54,600 bases of DNA from Catajapyx aquilonaris (Eukaryota), in NCBI GenBank assembly GCA_000934665.2, contig JYFJ02002570.1, positions 1-54,600 on the forward strand, given 5' to 3'. The notes beneath the pieces were generated by a model. It saw nothing but the letters and a program-made list of their open reading frames with translations, made no database searches and was not told where the DNA came from. Positions 40,201 to 52,179 of this stretch are shown here, piece after piece; within the stretch, counting starts at the first letter, position 1; the number at the start of each line of letters is the position of its first letter. Position numbers and translations under genes: made by a program.

Positions 40201-41954
40201 TCCCCCCCTGACCCTAGCCACCTGTGCCCAACCTGTTGGGCCGGTCCACTCTGGGGACAGCCCCATCTTCCGCCAGGTCAAAGGTCGCGGGTCACGCCTG
40301 TACTTGACCATTTCCTGCTCCTTTTGGGTCACTCCCGACTTTAATGGATTCATTTTTTGGTCTGGTTGTATTTCAGAATCACCTCCAGCTTCGGATCCCC
40401 TGGGGCTCAGCCTAGAGAACCTCCGGAGCAGCTCTAACAGCCTCCTCTCCTTGCAGCGGATAAAGGAAGCCTCTCTGTGAGTATATCAATCTAGGGGCAG
40501 CAGCTAAGGGATGAGCAGGAAGAGCTCTGCTAATTAATTATTCAAATAACAGGGCGGAGGGAAGTGTGGCTTCAGGGTGTGGGGGGACAGGGCGTGGCTT
40601 ATACACCGCTGATTATCCAACTTAATTGCTTCGGATCGTTTCAACTCACTCAGGAACACAGTGTTGCTGCACTTGTACTTGTTTAGTCTAAACTAAGTAC
40701 CGGTACTTACTGTATGTACGTACAAATAACTGGGACCACTTTTTTCCTATTTATAGCTGAAGAGTTGGGTTAATTGACGAATTAAATACCAATTAATGTA
40801 TCGTTTATAAGACAAGATGTAACAATTAAGATCATTATGCTCCGGAGTATTGCTTCCGACTTTGACTATATTTCAGTATTTTTTATAGTGTGTATCGGTG
40901 AATTGTGTTCTTATGTGGGTGTGAGTGAATGTCCTTCAGTGATTTTCTAGAGGTGAGTTAGGTCGCACGCAGTAAAAATACTAATCGTGATACTGTAGGA
41001 GCATCACATCACCTTGACATTCAGCTTTAGTTCGTCCATAGCATTGATGAGTAGATATTTTGAGGCGGGGGGGAAAAAATACGCGATATCGTTTAAATTC
41101 CCCTCCGGCCCCTCAGAAATGCCTGATGAAGTAAAAAGGACCAGAGATAAGGGAAAGGGGGTGTATCATCAATCGGTGTATAAGGGGACAAGGGCAGCAT
41201 TTGAGATGAGGGGAAGGGTGGAAGTCTCCCCTGCCGGAGGGCGCCACTCCCCTCCTTCTTCTTCAGTCTCCTCGACCTTTTGGCCAAACAAGAGAGCGCT
41301 GCATGATGGGTAGGGCGCGTCTGCCGCTTTTTCTTTCTACTTTTTTTTGCGCCTTGGAGGCTACAAAGACCAAAGAGTCATCCCGGACCGCACCCTTGCC
41401 AGCCTTCGGGAGGTCACAACACACACACAACACGTAATATATCCCGGCTTATCCGCCTTGGAAACACGCCCAGCCTCCAAAATACTGGAAAATCGGTACT
41501 TTTCACGCCCGACACCCAACCTTGTGGAGCTGGCAGAAAACTAGGTACATTTGGCGGATCTTTACACTCCAAAATACTGGGAACGCCTATACACCTGAAA
41601 TCCGGGTTCTTTCTGTTCTCTGGATTCTCCTTTGTGGATATCTCTCTCAGGAAGCTTTCGTATATGCACTGGATTTCCATGGTTATTAACCATCTCGGAG
41701 CACTCCAAATTATGTCTGTTACGTGGAAAACACAGTGTACCAGAATTAACCTGCCACCCGCGAGGTGTGGACATTATACGAGCTTGTCAACACATTCTGT
41801 CGACCCATGATCTCTTCAAGCCGGCAGTCACGTTCGTGTCCGGTGTCCCCAAGCCATCTTCGCTTGAACGAGTCTGTAGGACACATGAACATTGATGCCG
41901 ATACATCTGAAAGACTTGATGAGTGTCGGCTGAACTTCACCATATAATTGTGTA

Positions 41955-42718
41955 CAGTATGGCTCATAAAGAATGGTACGACTCTATGGACGAAATGTTT
42001 GATCCTGTTCCCAAACCCTGGGTCGCCGGAGTGTTTTGACGTGAATACGTCTTTAAAATCGGGTCCGTATAGAGGGGGGGCATGCAGGCAAACTCGAGCG
42101 TTGCAGAAAAGCGTTACAGGCTATTATAACCGAGTCTACTATATCCTAAGTGGCGTGTGAGTGTTATAGTCAGGACCCTGCCAGGGGGCCCTGCCATGGG
42201 GCCCATGGCGGGGGCATGCAGGGGGGCATGCAGGGGGGCATGCAGGGAAATTCTTAGGAGGGTCACCATGAGTGTCCAGACTTTAGGGTCACCATGCATG
42301 TGTCCAGACTTCAATACTGATAACAAGCAATCAATTCACTCCCCCAATACTGATCCGATTTTAAAGACGTATTCACGTCAAAGGCTGTGGCTTGTGTTCC
42401 AGACACAACCTAATGTTATTTAAGTGTCACAAGGAAGTCCGGGAAAAGGGAATCAAAATAAAGTAAAAAAGAGAAAAATAAAACAAGGCTAAGTAAGAAA
42501 GTTTTATGGGGGAAATTCACATCAAAGCTATACGTAAGCATTGTACCGTGCCTGGTTGAACATTTTGGTAATTAAAAATTTGAGATATGGATCGCCAGAG
42601 GTCCAGAAAAGGTTGTCCATATAGGGTTGCGTCAAAATAAGGTTGGGAACACTGCTGGACATTGGGGATAAACACTTTTCCCCCCATAGAGTCGTACCAT
42701 TCTTTATGAGCGGGACTG
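41955..42718. mobile_element. Non-autonomous Tc1/mariner-like element with internal inverted repeat and (GGGGGCATGCA)n
   Basis: TA|CAGT... start and ...ACTG end. 28 bp perfect inverted repeat gctcataaagaatggtacgactctatgg (41962-41989 / 42684-42711); second inverted pair at about 42035-42062 / 42356-42383. Confidence 0.7.
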
Positions 42719-43185
42719 ATACATACAGGGTGATGCAAAATACTTGTCCCACTCCTGCACTAAGCAGCTTCGTTTTAGGCCGAGCTGAATCATACATTCA
42801 AGTTCTGAACTGCAAAGTAATTCCTATTGGGAATGACCCATTTGAGCCATTGGTACTATCCCACAGATCCCAACACTTTGTGCATTACGGACTTCCTTGC
42901 AGGCTTTAAAAAGGACGGTAACACGCAACCTAATATTATCGGCCAATACTTTTGATAACTATCAAAAGTAACTATACAAAAGTAACCCCTAAAATAAACA
43001 TCTTAGTGCCAGCAAATAGTTATAGCAATCGGATCATCCTGCATAAAGTACCGTACCAGGCTGACAAACTTCTAAGGATGACTTTCTGGTCACGAAGGGA
43101 TAATTTTATGTAGCTGTGTCACATTCGGCGTCGCCTCGTTACTGAGAGAGTTAGCTATCATCGTAAAGTTTGGTCAATAATGCCT

Positions 43186-43328
43186 GCTTGTATGCATGTG
43201 AGCGATGAATCCAATTGTTTGGGGCGAAAATCGATTGTTACCATGATTGTTACTTTCGCCCCAAACAATATTGGATTCATCGCTCGGCGATGACATCGCG
43301 CGATCAAATCGCTCACATGTAAACGACT
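43186..43328. mobile_element. Short palindromic MITE
   Basis: catgtgagcgat / atcgctcacatg near the termini. Inner inverted pair at 43200-43229 / 43254-43285. Confidence 0.6.
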
Positions 43329-43400
43329 AAACGCACCTTAGACATTTTCGTTTTCCTGTTGAATGATTGCATCACCTAATGAGCCGGTATTACTGTAATC

Positions 43401-43565
43401 TACTATCAATCAAATACTGAATTATTGAGGGCACTCGTTCTTTCGTGTATCCTGTGAGTGCTACTACCTGCGGCACATTTGTCACGTCGAGGAATTTGCT
43501 TCGGGTAGTGGCCCTCGCAGGATACACGAAAGAAGGGTGTCCGCTACAATGTTTGGTCGACAGTA
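43401..43565. mobile_element. Degenerate palindromic MITE
   Basis: ttctttcgtgtatcctgtgag / ctcgcaggatacacgaaagaa inverted pair, with degenerate outer TIRs. Confidence 0.6.
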
Positions 43566-44515
43566 CATTTAATGCACAGTACCAATAAAGGAAGACAAAA
43601 TTAACCGATTTATGAGGGATTCAGAGAGTTATTTGGGAGGCTCTCTCTCTCCCTCTAGCTCTCAGGAATATAACTGATTATGACAAATTTTCAATGAGAT
43701 CACCGGGAGATTGATATAAACACTGGTGATTTATTCCGTGAATGTAGAGGCGAATGATATTAGTAAAAATTTGGAGTCATCCGTCGGAAGTAGCATTCTT
43801 TGACCTCTCTTTTTTCCGGCAAGTGTGAGGAGTAGGAAGAGGGAAATGGGAGGGGTCAATCACGACCTTTCTTCCTCACCCCCGCCGGGAAGGTCACAGG
43901 TGCTCCGGTCAGGTTACTCGGGCCGGAATTATTGCAAGCAGAAAGCAAAATAAGTGGTCAGCCCGAAGAATCGCCGAGGTGGTAATGGCGCCGACGTGGC
44001 TGATTAATTATAAGGTGTGCTGTTGTTACGCAAGCACTTGATTATGTTTACGAGCAGAGACTTGAGATGGGCCGCAGCTAATGGGGACCAAGTCACGATT
44101 CGCAAGGCCCTCAAAAAATGGCGGGGAAAAAAATGTTCAGTACACTACCGGAGAGGACCAGGAAGAAAGGTTGCTTAGTCACAATATGGAGGACTAAGAA
44201 GATCGTCCTTGGTTGGGCGCAAAAAAAGAAGAAGAGAAGATGGCTCCTCGACCCCATTTGAGGCACATTGGCAACTGTGTCACATATGCATGCTTGCACG
44301 CCTATACCTGCGCATGATGCAGGCGTGTATATGTATGTGGGGGAGAAGGGAAAGGGTGTGGATTGGAGGAGCATCTGCCTCTTTGACGGAGGTCATCCGA
44401 GTGAAAGTGAGAAAGAGAAGGGCACGAATGCTAATGGCTCAGACGCTCAGGGTTATACTCTGTTTTTGTGTGTGTATGTGTGTGTATACCTTGCTGTTTA
44501 CATGTATTCGCATTA

Positions 44516-44678
44516 AGGCCCATTCACACAGGCCGTCGACGGTTTTGGTTTCGGGTCTCGTCGACGCCACGGACCAATCAGAATGGGCCCTCATGTAAAC
44601 AACGCGTCATGGTTACCGTGAGGGCCCACTCTGATTGGTCCAAAACCAAAACCGTCGACGGCCTGTGTGAATGGGCCT
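44516..44678. mobile_element. PIF/Harbinger-type MITE
   Basis: TTA|AGGCCCATTCACACAGGCCGTCGACGGTTTTGGTTT...AAACCAAAACCGTCGACGGCCTGTGTGAATGGGCCT|TTA. Perfect TIR of about 36 bp and 3 bp TTA TSD. Confidence 0.85.
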
Positions 44679-44768
44679 TTAGGAGTTATGTAGCGCAACT
44701 CTAACACTCGGATGACATGCCCTGCCGCCTTGAGTTGCCCGTATCATACCCAGCATTGTCGATTTCAG

Positions 44769-45022
44769 AGCTTTCCATAAGAGGCCAGCTGCACCGTCGT
44801 CACCGACGTCAACCCCATCACCGGCACATTCAACGAATGGGCTGAATGGGCTTAGTTGCCGGCTCCTGGCGTCGTCACCTTCGTCGTCTCCGCCTTCTGG
44901 GACTCTGGGCGACTACGGGGATAGCCTGAGGCGGCGGAAGGTCCACAAGTGCGACTTTGAAGGGTGCGAGAAGGTGTACACCAAGAGCTCTCACCTCAAA
45001 GCGCATAAGAGAACCCACACAG
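44769..45022 (+). CDS. KLF3/8/12: KLF exon: Ser/Pro-rich linker, basic RRRK segment and zinc finger 1
   Basis: gatttcag| acceptor. Encodes [18 protein letters not shown]...[34 protein letters not shown]. Donor ACAG|GTGAGA inside the TGEKP linker. Not in the ORF track. Confidence 0.95.
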
Positions 45023-46312
45023 GTGAGAAAGGGCGTGACATGTACTAGTTAGCGGGATGTTTCTGAATGTCCTTTAGGTCACCTGCCCCGAAAGCAGTGT
45101 GCGCTTTCTTGGATGACACCATCCCGGCAGTGTCTTGCATTGCGAAATATCCTGATCGTAAGCAGAGTTTTGACCCGACATTTTGACCGGCATCCGGCAC
45201 GGTGCCTAATTAGCGGCGTAAAAAGCAGTATTTGGATGCTGTACCATGTCGCTCTTCAAGCTTCCTTATCGGGATGGAAAAGTAGGTGCGAGACCGCGAG
45301 ACAAATTGAGTCTCACTGTGAACCCTCTAGAAATCCGGTGCACTCATCACGCCACTTTGAAACCCCGCCCTCGCGTTTCCACTATCCTACGACGCACGTG
45401 ATCAGCATCACAAACCTCACCAAACATCACAGCATGCTGTACTCTTCAGTGGTTTTAAATGACCATTAGCGACTTCAAACACTGCGCGACACTTGTGTAT
45501 TTCCTCGCACGGCTTACCATTTCTGCTGGTAGACACTCTGTTACGGTACGTCCAGTTGACACCGCGATTGGCTCTACAGCAGGGAGAGGATATCGTCATT
45601 TGCACAGTCAGAAACGAAGTTACCGACGTCGGCGGGCGTCAAATTATTTGTTTGGGCCATAATTCACTGTACTATCGAGATGAGCCAGGGGTCTTATTTA
45701 GTAGGAATAGGCTAAGGAGTGGGTCACACCTGTTCCCGTGGGAAGGACCACGGTCATGCCCAGGGTCGTGACTTGCTCTTAAGCCGTGCACCCAAGACGA
45801 GTTGTGCTGGTTTTCCACATCCTACCCATAAACACCTTTTGTGCCACGCTCGAAAATCGCAGACCGTACCTGCCGCCAATCTTGAGACAGTCGCATTGTG
45901 TCGGTGAGACCCTTGAAAACTATCCTATTAGGCGGTCCCATAATTCTCCCCCAGGAACCCGGTCGGCATCCTGTTTAAGCAGCGATTTATGTTGTGGGCG
46001 AGAGGTGCAGCGTTGTAAGCACAGTGTGTGCTTAAAAGGTGCCATTAGTAAGCGCTGGTGTATAGGGGTCATTCTGTGGCTCCGGGTTACAACACACTCC
46101 CAAACACCAAACAGTTCCCAACTTGCGTTAACGGTATTAGAAGATTGATTCGCGGCTATTGGGGCAATACTACCGCCGTTTTATTTCACTTGTCGCTTTT
46201 AACAACAATCACTTTTTTCTTACGGTAGGTGGTTCGCACTACTGTACGTATACCCTTGCATTGTCCCCTACCCTGACACCGTCAACAATATAGAGAAGCT
46301 GATTAGTGCTTA

Positions 46313-47332
46313 CAAGCAAAGTAACTTTTCTTACCCTCCTGGATTTTGATAACTTTTATAATTTTAATTCTGCTTGGCCTATAGTGTTGGGAAAACATCA
46401 CCTCCGCTGCTAAATTCCACGTTAGCAGGGTGAAAATCCAGCCTAAAGGCGATGTTCCGTATGCCACAACACCAGCGTTCGGTCGCGAGGCGCTCGTCCC
46501 GGCTGCCCCGGTCGCGGTCGCCTTTCACCGCGTCTGTAGCTCTCTCCGGTGCCACGAAGGAGAAGGGTCATCTCGCACGCTTTGCAGTCGAAGGCGATTA
46601 TAATAATGGAGAGCCAGGACAGGGGGCATAATACTACATAAGAGGCGCAAACATTCGATTCGCCTGTCTCTGTTTGATGGGGCCAACGGTGGCGGCCATT
46701 TTGAAGATATGCCAACGAGGTGTAAATAGGGTACAGGCAGGCCAAATGTCTGCCATCTTTGATGGTTTTGGCGGCTGAATTTGAATCTTTTTGCCGTATG
46801 AGCTCCTTTAATGCACTTTTCTACGTATTAATTCCGTAAGTACGGCAAAAATATTCGAATTCGCCCGTGGTTCTTGCCTTGAAGTGCCATGGCCGCCGCC
46901 AAAACAATCAAAGATGGCGAAGCTTTGGCCTGCCTGTACCCTATTTACACCTCGTTGGCATCTCTTCAAAATGGCCGCCACCGTTGGCCCCATCAAACAG
47001 AGACAGGCGAATCGAATGTTTGCGCCTCTTATGTAGTATTATGCCCCCTGTCCTGGCTCTCAAAGCGTGCGAGATGACCCTTCTCCTTCGTGGCACCGGA
47101 GAGAGCTACAGACGCGGTGAAAGGCGACCGCGACCGGGGTAGCCGGGACGAGCGCCTCGCGACCGAACGCTGGTGTTGTGGCTTTCGGAACATTGCCTTT
47201 AGGCTGGATTTTCACCCTGCTAACGTGGAATTTAGCAGCGGAGGTGATGTTTTCTCAACACTATAGGCCAAGCAGAATTTAAATTATAAAAATTATCAAA
47301 ATCCAGGAGGGTAAGAAAAGTTACTTTGCTTG
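46313..47332. mobile_element. Foldback (long inverted repeat) non-autonomous DNA transposon of about 1 kb
   Basis: TTA|CAAGCAAAGTAAC...GTTACTTTGCTTG|TTA. Near-identical arms of about 460-490 bp, one indel of about 25 nt, central loop about 46799-46840. Confidence 0.9.
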
Positions 47333-47354
47333 TTAGAACCATACAGTACCTTAA

Positions 47355-47471
47355 GGTCATCTGAAGCGTGAAAAAATCCATCTAACTCGATATTTTTGTT
47401 GCGAAATTTCGGAATATTTCCGCAGGATTATTACTTGCACACAAGGTAAACAAAAAAGGGATAGCTCTTCC
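47355..47471. mobile_element. Possible degenerate TTAA-flanked (Kolobok-like) remnant
   Basis: TTAA|GG...CC|TTAA, but the TIRs match poorly. Confidence 0.25.
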
Positions 47472-48040
47472 TTAAAAAGTTGATTCCACTGACAAACTGC
47501 AGTACCACGGTTTATGGTTTAATGATGGTAAAACATGTTATAATTAGGAGCAAATGTACAAGTAAGTTATAGTACAGGCTGTGTTGAAAGTGGAATGTAA
47601 TCTGCTGGGCACATGCTGTAATAAGACATGGAACATTAAATCCTGCATCCTCTGCATAGTCACGATACATCCTCCTGTAACTTTTTTTTAACCGTCATTC
47701 AGGAGCTGAAAACGTCAGGAAGTTGTGCAAATGGGAGCGACCTGCGCGTAGGTGCTCTTACGGAGAGGCTTAATCACATACCACAAGAAATGTAGCAAAG
47801 TTGCACATGCTAATGTGCATCCTGCTTGAAGATCAACAAAATCTGCGCTAGTTTCTCTGGTTCCCGCTGATTAGGATGTTACTAGTATCATGCAGTGAAT
47901 GATGTCTCGTTTTACTACCTGACCTATGCACTGGTGAAGACGGCCTACATTTCAAATCGTACGCACAGAACCAGCATGGTTGTATTTTTAGCAATAAACT
48001 TGCGGATTTTGCCATTTTCGGATCTCAGCAATGTGATTGA

Positions 48041-48349
<309 letters not shown>

Positions 48350-48575
48350 TCGTAATCCTTCCACAAGATCCAGGACGACAGGACGACATCAATATTAACT
48401 TATTAGGGGAGGGGGGAAGGGAGGGGGGAGGTGGGCTGGGTAGAGAAATGCTTTCCCGCCTACTTATATTATTATTTTATTTTATAATATTATATATTAC
48501 GTATAATTATTGTGTGTGAAAGTGTGAGTGTCTGGGTGCATCAAATTAAGAAGGGCCATTCACATGTCTTGAAAC

Positions 48576-49074
48576 CAGCCCCATGACACTCCTCTAATAT
48601 GGCAAGCTAATATGGTAGGGTAAATCCAAGGGGTACCAACTTCGTGGAACCAGTGTACAAGGGTCCCTGTGGAACCGGCCTGGAACAGGGTTTTCCCGGT
48701 TCCAAGCTGGTTCCAGGCTGCTGGAACCGGCTTGGAATCGGGTGGAATCGGGTGGTTCCAGGAACTGGTGTACACTTTTTCGGGGAGTTGCTAATGCCTT
48801 GGGTAATTCATGTGTCTCGGCCAGGCTGAAATTTGGCGCTGGCAGCGCGGCGCTACATTGTTCGCTATACCGCCATCTTGTCAAGGTGCATCTGGTGGTA
48901 GGTTGCTGGTGAGTCTGCCACGATTGGCTCTATCTTTCTTTCCTTCCGCAGACTTACCGCTTGAGTGCACCTTGAACAAGATGGTGGTATACCGCCAGAG
49001 CCAAATTTAGGCTGGCGGAGACACAGGAATTAACCTACCATATCCATATGTAGGAGGAAAGTGACAGGGGGCTG
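48576..49074. mobile_element. hAT-type palindromic MITE in the 3' UTR region
   Basis: Perfect 8 bp TSD cttgaaac (48568-48575 / 49075-49082), CAGCCCC...GGGGCTG termini, degenerate inverted arms. Confidence 0.85.
48627..48801. mobile_element. Second hAT-type MITE nested in the first
   Basis: CAAGG...CCTTG termini, 8 bp TSD ggtaaatc / ggtaattc (one mismatch), internal TGGAAC/GTTCCA subrepeats. Confidence 0.75.
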
Positions 49075-52000
49075 CTTGAAACCAAGCTCAGGGTTCACTC
49101 AATTTTTCTCCTATTCTGACACATCTCTATGCATTCCTGTTTAAAGTGATATAGAAAAAGAACGGTTAGTGAACTGGGAATGCACTTCTGTAATATTGGT
49201 GATTCGCATGGGATAATCATGGTGAACTCATGCAAATATATATTTGTGCAACATAATTTATTTTATAGTTTTGAGAGTTAAATCTGACACTCACAGCTAT
49301 CCTATCTATGTTTTCATTAGTAAAAATACTGTAGCAAGTTTTTTTTTGTAGGCTATAACTTGTTGTGAAACAAGGAACTTTGTAAGTGCACATTAGATAT
49401 GGAGAAAACATTTCTGCTGACAACCCAGCTAACAAAAATTATCACATATGATAAACATTAGGCCTACTTTATTGGGTTGATATTATAAATGACAATAGCT
49501 ATGTAGGAGTACAAGTGGTTAAATAGTTACCTAGTATGGTTAAGAGAGCATGCGTTAAAATCATGTGAACCTGCACCATTCAGATTCAAGTGAAGACATG
49601 CCTTATACGACTGGGTTACATCACAGTACTGAGAGGGTAAACCAAAAATAGATGTGCAAAGTCAGTTGCTCACAGGTATTCAACCTGTTTGCAGAGTTGT
49701 AAGATTTATCCCTGTGACAAAAATGTTATATCTTCAGACCAATCTGCTACATGCCATCGTAAAAATAGGAAAGTTTGCACTTTGAAATTCCTCCTTTCCC
49801 CCTCCAGTTTGTGCAAATCTATAAGCACTGCCAACATAATGTAGGTTATTCCCTTTATATTCATAGGTTACGAAAATGGCAGCCTTTACCTTCTGTCCAT
49901 CCGTCCAATAAGCAGCTAACTTTTGCAGGTTTCTGCAGGAATGCGCACCCATGTTTTTTTAGCTACAAAAGAGCAAGAAAAATAGTGAAACTTTGTTCCT
50001 AACATAACAAAATGTGAAACGAGTGCCAGTTTTGTACAGTAGAAATGGAAAAGGACAGCGCCAGTTACATGCCCTTTGAATAGCTTTTTTTCTCTGTATA
50101 TCTGCTACCATCAAAAAGGACACCTACTTAAATTAACATGGTGATGCCACAATAAGTCCATTGAGCAATAATGGTTTCCCAAGCCTTAACTTGCAGTTGC
50201 ATTTTTCAAACAAGCACTATGTGGAAATCAAAATATGGGGATGAAGAACAGGTGCCTTTAGTGCCACAAAAAATATTTTGGCTGCAATATTACAGTGGCT
50301 GGTGCTACATAGTTCTGATAATTACACTGCATCTGCAGTCATAATGAAGGAGATTCCACTTCTTATTATGTAATAAAACATTTGATAGGAGTCACGTTGT
50401 AATTTGCAGTTTGATTTAGTAAAGCTTGTTATTTTTGAGTTGTTTGGGAAGGTATCATGTGAGTTCAAATGTCAACATACTTCGTTTGCGATTTAAAATG
50501 TTTCATGATGTAACAACAAAAATGCTACACTATTATAGTTATATTGATTCATATTTTACAATTAAGAAATCATTCCATGTTAATATGACATCATTCTTAA
50601 CAGTTGTATGGTAATTGAATGTTAAAACTAGTGCAACTTGCAGAAATAAAAATAATCATGAATAATATTTACTGACAGTGGATGCTACTGTTACTGATAG
50701 GTTTGCTATGTGTAAAAAATGGCCAGAAACATGCCACTTCTGTAAATCCATTGAAATCCAAGGAAAATTATTTCAGTTTTGGGGCTTAACATAAACGAGC
50801 GTCATGATTTGAACAGTATATTTGCACTGCACTAGATTTGGAGAACCATAGGCCAAAGTGACCATTACATTTTTTTGATCTCCCATAGTTGTTGCCGTAA
50901 TGGCAGATAACAACATTCCTTGTGAATAATGTATCTCATGTGGAACATAAATCAGCTTGTATCTGTATTGGTGGAAAATTTGCAGATGCTTGCATTTGTT
51001 GCCTCACCTTCAAATGTGGTAGTGAGTTATCCAAGGGGGCCTTTTCATGCATCATTTTTTATAGCACAAAGTGGCTTATCATTAAGCAGTTGCTCTTGAA
51101 CAGTTTCTAGGAGATTCTGTCAGATTATGAGCTTCTAATATTAGGTTGAATGGTAGCATCCTTTCAATACATGAATTGCAATTAATATGTAAGCATGAAA
51201 ATGACGAAGTGGGAAAACATGGCATTCAAAGTCAAGAGTAACACCCATCATTTTAGGCTAGGTCCCCTGCAGTGGTTAAGAAGGATTTGTCCATTCAACC
51301 TACATTAATATTGCGATAGCCACCAAAAGTTACTTTGAAATTATACTACTTAAGAATTAGTACACTTACAGAAAAAATTGCTGAGAGGGACAATGACTTT
51401 AGATCATCATACTGTACTATCACTGCCAAAAATATGTTTCACTATGGGGAGCTCCAATGAGTTCACTGGGATGCAAGTGATGTGATGCAAATATATTGAG
51501 TACAGTAGCAGATATCATTGTAATGTATTCTATCGTACAATAGTATTGGAGTGTAGACATGTGGGAATTCCAATTAAATTATTGGAGCCCCTTAAGTTGG
51601 AACATCTGCATCATTTTGGCCTTGATAGCAACTTCCTTCTAAACTTGAAGTTAGGAGGTAGAGGAGAGTGGAAGTGAGCATCATCAAGAGTATCACCAAT
51701 ACAAATCTGAGCTGGCTGTTGTGCTACCCCGATGTGTGTACCGATATATAAAATTTTCGGGGACCAGATATTTATAAATCACACCCTTTGTTATGTATTC
51801 TTTCTTGCTGTCCTTTTTTAAGTGCAAATGTGTGTATATTGTATTCTTGTACTTTGTAAATAGTGAGTAGGCCATGTACTGGGAAGTGGAGCAAAACTCT
51901 GTACATATAGTGATGTAGATTTATAGACATTCCACCCGCCAGTTACAGCTATTTTAGAAATACATAGACCTTTCCCCCATCTGAAGACTGCTTTATAAAC

Positions 52001-52173
52001 TGGACGGGAAAAAAATGACCAGAAGGCAACATTCCAACAAAGGAATCATAATTTTTTCAATCATGTTCTATGAGAAAAAGAAATACACAAGCATAGTTAC
52101 CTAAGTAGACGAATCCTGGAAAATCAAGGTGTTAATCATGACACAGATTATTTTTGTAATTGCATACAGTTTA

Positions 52174-52179
52174 AATAAA
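52174..52179 (+). terminator. Candidate distal polyadenylation signal
   Basis: AATAAA followed about 30-45 nt later by ttttttattattgtgtg. Confidence 0.45.

Noticed and set aside
46443..47142. Two near-identical ORFs on opposite strands
   Set aside because: They are mirror images produced by the foldback arms; no transposase motifs.
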